Shown here: piece by piece, positions 37,907-47,018 of the stretch
How the letters are laid out: each line of letters begins with the position of its first letter
Numbering within the stretch: position 1 is the first letter of the stretch
DNA from: Emiliania huxleyi CCMP1516
Lineage: Eukaryota
Assembly (NCBI RefSeq): GCF_000372725.1
Contig: NW_005201791.1
Coordinates: 117,788 to 181,787 of the forward strand
Direction of reading: 5' to 3'
Length of the DNA: 64,000 nucleotides
Made by a program: the position numbers and the translations under genes
The notes under the pieces: generated by a model
The model's input: the letters and a program-made list of their open reading frames with translations, nothing else
Told to the model about the DNA's origin: nothing
Database searches by the model: none

Positions 37907-38883
37907 ATGTCGTCCATCATCGAGAAAATCAAGAGCTACGACCTTCCGCCCGAGCTTCGCGAGGCGATCAACAAGCGAAACGACCTGCTCCTTGCAAAGT
38001 GCGCGCGTTCGATTGCGTGTCGCGGCCCCGCCAGCCGCATTCACTCCTCAGCTCGCGCGCGCGCAGGCTCTCCTCCGCCGCGGACCAGCTCAAGGCCGTC
38101 GGTGGCAACCGCCGCAAGCTGACACTGGAGTACCAGGAATTGGAGCGCTCCAACGAGGGCGAGCTGGCATCGCTGCCGTGGAAGTCCGTCGAGGAGGCGC
38201 GCACCGCCGGAAAGCCCTTTGAGATGACGCTGCACGACCCTCTCACGCTGCTCAAGGGGAAGACGTTCCTCGGCGGTCTGCTTGAGCTGCTCGGCGACAA
38301 GGGATCGAGCGATCTGCGCGTCGTTTGGGCCTCGGCCGACCTCGACAACTTCAAGACGGTCAACGACCGCTGGTCGCACGCGCACGGCGATTTCGCCATC
38401 ATCGTCGCGTGCCGCGCTATTCAGCGCGCAGTTGACGAGTGGAACCGCAAGAACGGAGCGCTCGGCCACGCAGTGGCGATGCGCTTCGGTGGCGACGAGA
38501 TCGTGTTGGCCATCGTGCTCAAAGGCGACCAGGCGCAGGCGTGCGATTCGCTGCTCGATGACGTCCACTCGGCGACGTGCCGCAGCCTGCAGCAGCGCTT
38601 CGACTTTGCCGCACTCGACCCCAAGCCCATCGACCGAAACGGCAAGCCGATCGAAGCCAAGGGCCCTGCCATCTCGATCGGCGTCTCGTCTGCGCTGCCC
38701 TGCGGCGCTGGGTCGTCGACGCTGTACACGAAGGGCTTCAAGCGCGCCGACGACCTGCTCAACGAGTTCAAGGACAAGTGGAAGAGTGGCGGCACGCGCC
38801 TCGGTGCCAAGCCGACTGAGGGGCTAGAGATCCTAGTGGCAAACCCCGGAAAGTGGGTCAAAAATGACCACCCTCACGTGTAG
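37907..38883 (+). CDS. GGDEF-domain diguanylate cyclase; exons 37907-37998 and 38067-38883, 302 aa
   Basis: HDPLT, ADLDNFKTVNDRWSHAHGD, RFGGDEI (GGDEI at 38488-38502), ISIGVS, RADDLLNEFK. A 68-nt GT-AG intron joins MSSIIEKIK...LLAK to LSSAADQL in frame. Confidence 0.9.
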
Positions 38884-39863
38884 GCGCGTATCTTAGCTAA
38901 GGCTCGCGCCCTGACGTGTAAGTGCTCATGTGCACCGAGCCCATATACGCACCTGCATGTGTGGACGCGAGTATTAACTAAGATGAGCGCCCACGCATGA
39001 GGATGCGCGTCTGCGTCCAGGTAGCCCAGATACCGTCTTCGTGTCTGGGCGCTTATCTTGAGTAAGGCTCGCGCCTACACGTGTAGCTGCGTATCTTGAG
39101 ATGAGCGCCCACGCTTGTGGCGCCTATCTTAGCTAGTACTCGCGGTGTCGGCGTGGGTGCGTGGCGGTCAGCATACGCTCCCACACATGCAGACGCGAAT
39201 ATTAGTCAATATAATGAGCGCTCACACGTGGAGGCGCGTATGTTGACATACGCACCTGCGCATATGGCGCTCAAAAGTGAATAGTTTTGGGTGATACGCG
39301 CTCAAGTCGCCTGTGTCATCTGTCCCTGGCTTGCTGGGCGCTGCTTTATGGCGGATCTCCTTGATGCCGCGGAGGATGATGCCGGCGCCGAGGTGCCCGC
39401 GGCGGCCGGGTAGCGAAGCGTTCAGACCACATGGCGGTCAGCAACATCGAGTGGAAAGACGTGGCGACGGTCGTCGAGCCAGCCGCCAAGTGTCTCAACC
39501 CCGGCCTGCGCGAGAGGAGGACTTGACGGAGGAGGCCGCACCTTCTTTGTCGTCCGCAAGCGCCCCGAGGGGGCCGCCGTGAAGTATTGGCGCTCATCTC
39601 AAGATACGCAGCTACACGTGTAGGCGCGAGCCTTACTCAAGATAAGCGCCCAGACACGAAGACGGTATCTGGGCTACCTGCCTGGACGCAGACGCGCATC
39701 CTCATGCGTGGGCGCTCATCTTAGTTAATACTCGCGTCCACACATGCAGGTGCGTATATGGGCTCGGTGCACATGAGCACTTACACGTCAGGGCGCGAGC
39801 CTCAGCTAAGATACGCACCTACACGTGTGGGTCGTCATTTTTGACCCACTTTCCGGGTTTGCC
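38838..39863. mobile_element. Non-autonomous Mutator-like (MULE/foldback) DNA transposon, 1026 bp
   Basis: Near-perfect terminal inverted repeats of about 270 bp (38838-39109 and 39589-39863, GGCAAA...TTTGCC), flanked by an exact 9-bp duplication GATCCTAGT (38829-38837 and 39864-39872). Confidence 0.92.
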
Positions 39864-39928
39864 GATCCTAGTCCGCGATCGCGCCGGCGCCGACAGGACA
39901 CCTCTGAACGTCGCAGCTGCAACCGAGG

Positions 39929-42900
39929 ATGGAGACGGAGGAGGAGGAGGAGGAGCAGCAGCATGGGCAGCGGCGGCGGCGGTGGCGGCAGCAGCAGCGG
40001 CAGCACCAGCAGCCTCCAGCTAGTCTCGTCAGCAGCGAGTACGACAGCGACACCACCGTCGCCCTGCTGCAGCCCGCCGCTGTCTGGCCGCCTCCGCAGC
40101 CAGCGTCGCAGCTAATGGCGATGGCGATGCAGGAGGAGGAGGAGGAGCAGGAGGAGGAGGAGGAGGAGGAGGGGTCCGAGGCCGCCATGCCTGCCGCGGC
40201 GGAGGGGTCCGAGGCGCCTCCCGGGACGCCTCCGCCGGACGAGGAGGAGGAGTGGGAGGCGGCGGCGGCGGCGGCGGCGGCGGAGGAGAGGGAGGAGAGG
40301 GAGGAGAGGGAGGAGAGGGAGGAGGCGGCGGCGGCGGTGCCGGACGAGGAGGGCGAGGCGCGGGCGGCAGCGGAGTCCGAGGGCTTGCAGCTGCACCTGT
40401 CCAACAGCAACCAGACCGGCTACACCGGCGTCTCAAAGATTCCCTCTGGCCGCTTCCGAGTGAAGTGCATGGTGGACGGCAGGCAGAACTACTTGGGAAC
40501 CTTCGACACGGCGGTGGAGGCGGCGGTGGCGTACGCGCGGCACGCTGCGCAGCAGCAGCAGCCGCAGCAGCAGCCGCTGCAGCAGTTTCCGGGCGCGCCG
40601 CTCGCCGCTGCCGACGCCGTCGAGGGGGCTGCGGTGGCGGTCTACTTCTCGGACGTGTCTCGCTGGTGCCGCGGCTCGAGCGTGTCCAAGACTGCGACGG
40701 GGAGGAGCTGCTCTTGCCGACCCTCTCCCCTCCCTCCCCTTGTAGGTACCGCGGCGAGGTGGCGTCCGTCAACAACGACGGCACCGTTGGCGTGGGGCGT
40801 ACGTGCTGTGAAGAGACGCCGTGTTCACACCTGCAGCTGTGAGCAGGCACCTTTGGCGTGGCGTACGAGGACGGCGACGAGGAGGAGGCGGTGCCGCTGG
40901 CGGAGCTGTTTCATCCGGCGGCTGAGGCGGGGGGACCCTCCCAGTCGGACGAGCAGAGGCTGACGGCGGCCCGAGAGAGGTGCGTGTGACATTCGTTCTC
41001 GAGATCGCACGAGATATGAGCGAGAGGTGTGTGAGAGGCAAGGTAGCTCATCGGTGGCGAAGTGGATGTATGGTCCACTGAGACACCTCCTCCTTGTGGA
41101 GAGCGAGGTGAGTGTGAGAGCGGAGAGCGATGGGTTGAAGGCCATCTCGGCGATGCAGCACTCACTATCTCCTACGCGCCGCCAACCTGGTCAACGACCG
41201 TGTGTGTGATCATCACCTCTAGGCCCACCCACTCCGACGAGCAGCGCGGAGCCTGCGCCCTTGACGACGAGCTCGCGCCCGAGCGGGCCGTCTGTACCCT
41301 ACCGCCAGAGTCTCGAATCCAGTGTGGGTTCGGTCCCGTGGGTGGTGCGGTAGAGTTCGCGCCCGAGAGCGGCGTCGGCTGCAGCCGCGCGCGTCCGGAG
41401 GCGAGGGAGACCGCCGCCGAGGACAGCGAGGAGGAGAAGGAGGAGAAGGGGGAGGGTGGCGAGGAGGAGGGGGGCGAGGCGCCGGTGGCGGCGGAGACGG
41501 GGGGCGTGCAGCTGCACCTCTCTAGCAGCAACGCCACCGGCTACAAGGGCGTGTACGAGCACCGCTCCTCTGGCCGCTTCTGGGCGCAGCGCAGGGTGGG
41601 CGGAAAGCTGGTCTACTTGGGCTCCTTCGACTCGGCGGTGGAGGCGGCGGTGGCGTACGCGCGGGCGGCCGGCGAGGCGGGGGGCGGCGAGGCGGCGGCC
41701 GAGTGTGCCACCTTCCTGCGGGAGCGCTGGCACAACGGCCCGCCTGCGGCGTGCCTGTCCGGGACACGTCCAGCCCACGTCCGAGACATGTCGCATAGGC
41801 GCGGCGCTGCTCGGCCGGTGCACATGCACATGTCCGGGACACGTCCGAGCCATGTCCGAGACATGTCGCATAGGCGCGGCGGCCGGCTGCTGCTTCCTGG
41901 CCACTCGGGCGCGTCGAGCTCGGGCGGCGCTGTGGCCGCACCAGACAAGGCCTCGCAGCCCGCGCAGGTGACTGGCGGGATGAGCTACGATAACACCCGA
42001 ACCCTAACCGGAACCCGAACCCTAACCCTAACCCTAACCCTAACCCTAACCCTAGGTGACTGGTGGGATGAGCTACGATAACACCCGAACCCTAACCGGA
42101 ACCCGAACCCTAACCCTAACCCTAACCCTAACCCTAGGTGACTGGGTGGATGAGCTACGATAAGACGCTCGACGGCCACGACGCCGAGCAGCAGCGGCAA
42201 GACACGCTGCTGCGCGCCACTCTGTGTTTGCCTCCTCGTTTTACTTACGCGCGTCGACTTCTTGCTTAGGCACAACACGCTGCTGCTCACCCACGCGCTG
42301 CTGCCCGCGTGCCGCCGGCAGCTGCCCGGCTTTGCGCGGATGGAGGAGGCGCTGGCCGAGTGGCTTCAGGCCAGGTACGGCACCGTGGTCGAGCTCTTCT
42401 ACGCGCACGGCTTGCGACAGTCGAGGGCGACGATGCAGTCGACGGGCTTCTCGGTCCACCAGGTGTCCGTGCCACCTCCATCTCTCCCCATATCTCTTCA
42501 TCTCTCCCCATATCTCGGTCCACCAGGTGTCCGTGCCACCTCCGACGCGCCCTCCCTGCCAAGCCCGCCGCTGCGCCCCGCGCGAGAGAGGGCTGCCTCC
42601 GCCCTCCTCGTTCGACCGCCCCCCCCCCCCCCCCCTCCGCCAGGATACCGAGGACTTTTCGTTCATCGAGTACACCGTCGTGGTCAAGCTCACGCCCGAC
42701 GGGCTGGGCGAGGCGCCCTCCTCGATGCGCGTCGTCGGCGCGGACCGGCCGTTTTACTACTCGCCGGCCGCCGGTCTGCCCCTCTCTCCTCCCTCCCTCC
42801 CTCCCTCCCTCCCCTCCCTGTCTCCTCTCACCCCACCGCCGCCTCCACCACCCTTCAGGCGCGAGCGGCTGCTTCCGCGCCGACCTGTACCACGCGTCGG

Positions 42901-43067
42901 TCGAGCCAGAGTCGGAAGACGAGCACCTGAAGATCGCCTTCTTCTTTCGGCGTTCGACGCGTGGCGAGAGACGCGCAAAGCGCGCGCTCACTGAGAGCGA
43001 CGAGGCCGTCGCGGAGCTCGAGCTCGCCCAGCGACGGAAGCTGGCCGCGCCGCAGCTCCTCGGTTGA
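39929..43067 (+). CDS. AP2-Tudor-AP2 protein with a putative C-terminal 2OG-Fe(II) oxygenase domain, multi-exon; start uncertain
   Basis: AP2: TGYTGVSK...YLGTFDTAVEAAVAYAR. Tudor-like: VAVYFSDVSRW|YRGEVASVNNDGT|FGVAYEDGDEE. Second AP2: TGYKGVYEH...LGSFDSAVEAAVAYAR. C-terminal: GFSVHQ|DTED...YTVVVKLT...LYHAS...HLKIAFFF. Confidence 0.7.
42000..42137. repeat. Two interstitial telomere-like (CCCTAA)n tracts at duplicated intron acceptors
   Basis: Directly visible; each tract ends in CCCTAG|GTGACTGG. Confidence 0.85.
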
Positions 43068-43364
43068 GAAGCCGTCACCTTTCTTTTTCTGTCCATGGAG
43101 GGCGCAGGTATCAGGTGTAGAGACCTGTGTGTACGTCTGCGTGTGGCTGTATGATATTTCATAGGAACCCCTCGGCTGCTTGGGCTTGATGGCTGCGCTT
43201 CGAGGAGTGCGAGTGTGTACAGAGTGGCAGGAGCGAGCCGACGAGCTCATGTGTTCGCTCGACCTCGAGGGAGGTTGGGTTTTTATTTGTGGAGAGAAAA
43301 CTACCTTAGCTCCAAGTGCTCCAAGCTTAGATACCGTGTTATCAACCAGAACGACCACGGTCCA

Positions 43365-45851
43365 TCACGCCGCCACCGGCAGCCGAACTTCAAACGGCGT
43401 GGCGCGCGACGCGGCGAGCGACGAGAAGGCGTGCTCCCACACGCGTTGGTAGCGCCGCGCCGCGTCCGAGCCATCGGGCAGCAACTCCCCGGGATTGTGC
43501 AGCAAATCGACGATTGCGACGCGAGAGTCCACGACCACCGACGCCCACGCGTGGTGGGCGTGGGCGCCATTCACGCACCTGCCGAGGGAGAGGCCACAGC
43601 CGAGGCCGCAGCTGTCGGCGAGCGCCTTGAAGAGGACGGCACGCGCGCGCGCCCCGCCGCGTGTCAGCGAGCCGAGGGGGAGAACGCGCGAGGCGGCAGC
43701 CTTGCAGAGAGAGGCCGCCTGCGCCGCGCCGTCGAAGGACTCGTACTCCTCGTACGGGACGCTGCCGCCCATCCGGTCGCTCACCAGCACGGCGAGGCCT
43801 CGCACGGTGTCGGCGGCCGAGGCGGCCCGCACTAGGAGCGCCCTAGCCTTGAGCGACTCGAGCGCCGCGTCGGCGCCAGACACGTGGAAGATCGCCGCCG
43901 CCTCGCCCTCGGGCTGCATCGACCGGAGCGCCGCCGCGCCAACCAACGGCACGTCCTTTGGCACGGCGAGGAACTCCTCGCCGAGGGGCACGCCCACGGG
44001 GAGGTGCGAGTTGAGCCACAGCCTGGCCGAGGGCAGCGCAGTGCACACCGCCTGGAGCGCCATGGAGGCAGCGGCAGAGTGTTCGCCCTCAGCCTTGAGC
44101 GCGACCAAGTGCTGCACGGCGCCAAGAGAGACGCAAACCTCGGCCGACGCGGCGTCGCGCCCGTGGCAAGCTGCGGCGATGGCGGCCAGTGCGGCACGAC
44201 GCAGCGGAGCTGACGGGCTCCCGAGCAGCTTGACGACTCCCGTGAGCGGAGGAGGCGCGTTGTCGACGGCGCCGTTATTGTTGCCCCCGCCCTCGCCGCT
44301 GCCCTCGTCCGCGCCGCCGCTATCACTGACGACGCCCTCGCCATCGCCGGAAGCCGCACTCGACCCCAGAGGCGAGCGCAAGAGTCTGCGCACCTCCTCG
44401 TGCGCGGCAAGGGCGGCGAGGGCGTGGAGCGCCGCCTCGACGCGACACTCCTCTGGCTCCGCCTCGCTCGCCGCCTCCGTCTGGCTCGCCGCCTCAGCCT
44501 CGAGCCTTCTCGCGGGCCGGAGCCACTCGGCCAGCGCGACGATGGCTGGCTTCACGACTTCCATGGCTGCGTCACGCCCCTCCTGGCTGCAAGCCACGAG
44601 ACCGAGCGCATCCGCCGCCTTGGCGCGAAGCGGCGGCAGAGTGTCTGCCTCGCACACGAGGGATGCCAACATTTTCAGGCCGGCCGTGCCGTCAGACAAG
44701 AGAGGCTCCAGAGCTGGTGTGGGCAGCAGTGCGACAATTGCCGAGCAAGCAGCTTGCCGCACCGCCTCCCAGTCCGCAGACTCGAACCGTGCTGCAACAG
44801 GCCCAAGGGCTTCAGGGGGCTCAGCAGCGAGGAGCTGGAGGAGCGGGAGGGCAGCTGCTGGCCCGAGCGAATGCGCAATCTGTGGGGATCGCGCGAGGTT
44901 CTCGATGGCAAGGGCTACGTTGGACAGCAACTGTGCGGACGTGTGTGTCGGCTCTTTGAGACACTGGACCAACAGTGGAACCGCGTCCAGACGTTGCAAA
45001 GCCATGCGACCGTCTTCGAAGTTTGCGACAGCGGCCACCAAAGATGCCGCGTTCGCCATCAGGTCAGTGAAATCGGGCGGTGCATCGTCAGAATCTGGGA
45101 GCTGCAGGATGGTAATCACATTGGCGACCATTTTGTGCTCGAGCAACTTGGAGCGCAAGATAGCGTCGGGCAGCGCAGTGGCAAGCGCGAGGTGCGCCTT
45201 TGCTCTGGCTGTAATGGCGTCCGCGCCCTCATCCCCGCCAGGCGCCGCAGCAAGGCGGATCAGACCATCCAGGTCCGCCGTTCGAAGCTGTATGCGTGCC
45301 AGTGCAGAGTTGAGGCATGCCGCGAGCGCCGTTGCGGCTTGAGCTTGCAATGCGGCTGGTGCTTGCTGAGTCAACAACCCGAGCAGTTTTGGCACAGCGC
45401 CTCTGCGAACGCACGCACGGCCCTCCGGTTGCGACGCGATACGGGCTATTGCCGCGCACGCGTGCTGGGCGGCGGCTGCCCGCTGGGACGGATCGGCTGC
45501 GTTTTGCCATTTGCCATCGCGGGGAACGCTGAGCAGATGAATGAGGGACGCCGCCAGCTCTGAGGAGGAGAAGGCGTGAGGCCCATCACGCAGGCACTCG
45601 GCCAGCCGAGAAGTTGCTTCGACCGCGTCCACAAAGGACTGGTCACACTCCTCGGAGGAGAGGCAGCGCGCTGTGGCCGCCACGATGGTGGGCATGTTGC
45701 CGACGATCAGGTCCATTGCATCCTGCCCTGCTCCATCCTCAGCTGCCTGGCGGAGTGCGTCGAGGCCAGCTGCAAGGTCCGCGGCGGAAACCTCGCCGCC
45801 GGACTGAAACAGCTCCAGCGCTGCTTCCGGGGTCGCGGGGCTTGGCGGCAT
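43365..45851 (-). CDS. Armadillo-repeat protein with a C-terminal EDR1-like domain (ARMC3-like); intronless
   Basis: Multiple ARM-like helical repeats, then LVSDRMGG...RVLPLGSL..G..RARAVLFKALAD...HAW...IVDLLHNPGELLP...A.RYQR. Confidence 0.8.
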   Translation of the reverse strand: MPPSPATPEAALELFQSGGEVSAADLAAGLDALRQAAEDGAGQDAMDLIVGNMPTIVAATARCLSSEECDQSFVDAVEATSRLAECLRDGPHAFSSSELAASLIHLLSVPRDGKWQNAADPSQRAAAAQHACAAIARIASQPEGRACVRRGAVPKLLGLLTQQAPAALQAQAATALAACLNSALARIQLRTADLDGLIRLAAAPGGDEGADAITARAKAHLALATALPDAILRSKLLEHKMVANVITILQLPDSDDAPPDFTDLMANAASLVAAVANFEDGRMALQRLDAVPLLVQCLKEPTHTSAQLLSNVALAIENLARSPQIAHSLGPAAALPLLQLLAAEPPEALGPVAARFESADWEAVRQAACSAIVALLPTPALEPLLSDGTAGLKMLASLVCEADTLPPLRAKAADALGLVACSQEGRDAAMEVVKPAIVALAEWLRPARRLEAEAASQTEAASEAEPEECRVEAALHALAALAAHEEVRRLLRSPLGSSAASGDGEGVVSDSGGADEGSGEGGGNNNGAVDNAPPPLTGVVKLLGSPSAPLRRAALAAIAAACHGRDAASAEVCVSLGAVQHLVALKAEGEHSAAASMALQAVCTALPSARLWLNSHLPVGVPLGEEFLAVPKDVPLVGAAALRSMQPEGEAAAIFHVSGADAALESLKARALLVRAASAADTVRGLAVLVSDRMGGSVPYEEYESFDGAAQAASLCKAAASRVLPLGSLTRGGARARAVLFKALADSCGLGCGLSLGRCVNGAHAHHAWASVVVDSRVAIVDLLHNPGELLPDGSDAARRYQRVWEHAFSSLAASRATPFEVRLPVAA

Positions 45852-47018
45852 GGATGCGAAACGGCTGTATACTGTGGCTGGTGGGACGCACGCACGGCTG
45901 GAACTTGCGCCCCCTCTCCTACTGCTCCTGACACCACAACGGGCGAGCGGGTCGGATGCTCGCTCGGCTGCCCGTCGGCCCACCCGCGCTGTCCGTGCCA
46001 GAGGAGCTCTCGGATCTGACCACTCTGACCGAGAGCCTCGTGCGCGCCTCTGCCGCTTGGCGGTCCAGCGGGCAAGGCGGTGCGGCAGCAGACATGTGTA
46101 GGCTGCTTGAGGCCGCAGCGTCGGCGCTGCAGGCGCAGGTGGCAGAGGCAAAGGTGCAGCGAGGGCTGGCGGTGGCATCGCAGACGCTCGCAGCGACCCC
46201 GCACCCCGCGCCTGCCGCCCCTACCGCCCCGCCTAGGTGGGAAAGAGACGAGGAGATGGAACAGCCCGAGGGAAGGAGCACAAACACGTAGACCATGCTA
46301 ACGTCTCACGATCTCACTCGCGATCGAGTAACACCATGTGCACTAAAGCACGACTCCGTTAGCTAACATTCGACAAGGGCCCCACTCTTTCCTTCGCATA
46401 GCGGCCACTCTTCGGATCGCTGGTCGAGCGACCCGGGGGATGCCCCGCGCGCCTGACCCAGGCGCGGAAACGAATCTGCGAGGCGTGGCCGCTCATGCGG
46501 CCCGATGGGGAGGAGGGGAAGACGTAGGGCGTGCTTGCGCGCCTTTCCGAGGCCCCTCCAACCCACCCGCGCTAGTTCTCGGGTTTGACGCATGGGGTCA
46601 CTCCCGCGAAACCCGTGAACTAGCCGGGGCAGTCGGAGAAGGGGCAACTCCGTGCACTGACGGTCGGCCGTCAGAAATCCCGCCTCCGTGGCTCGGGTTA
46701 CACCAATCCTCGCTACCCAACGCGGCCAAAGGATATCCACCTCGAGAACCTCGAGGAGTCCTTTTGGAAAAATTTTGTTGCCATCCCAAACTGTCACTCC
46801 CCTTTCTCCCGGCCGGGGTGGGGCGCGCGCGGGGGCGGCGGGTGTGAGGGATGTCTGTGAGCCCGAGAGCGATATGCCATGTCCGCCTTGCGTGTTTTCA
46901 TAACATCGAAGGCTAAGCTCAAAAATTTTTCGCGGCCGCGCTGAATGGACAATTGACCCAACGTTGACGCGTTGGCACACAGCGCCGACCCTCGGCAGCA
47001 ACTGCTAGCAGAGAAGAC

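Noticed and set aside
35865..38883. Bacterial contamination as the source of the STING and GGDEF genes
   Set aside because: The cyclase has a frame-restoring GT-AG intron and a Mutator-type insertion, and it is contiguous with intron-rich eukaryotic genes of similar GC content.
39313..39597. Transposase or captured gene inside the MULE
   Set aside because: The short internal ORFs show no recognisable motif.
42000..42137. Chromosome end
   Set aside because: The CCCTAA tracts are short, degenerate and intronic, and genes continue on both sides.
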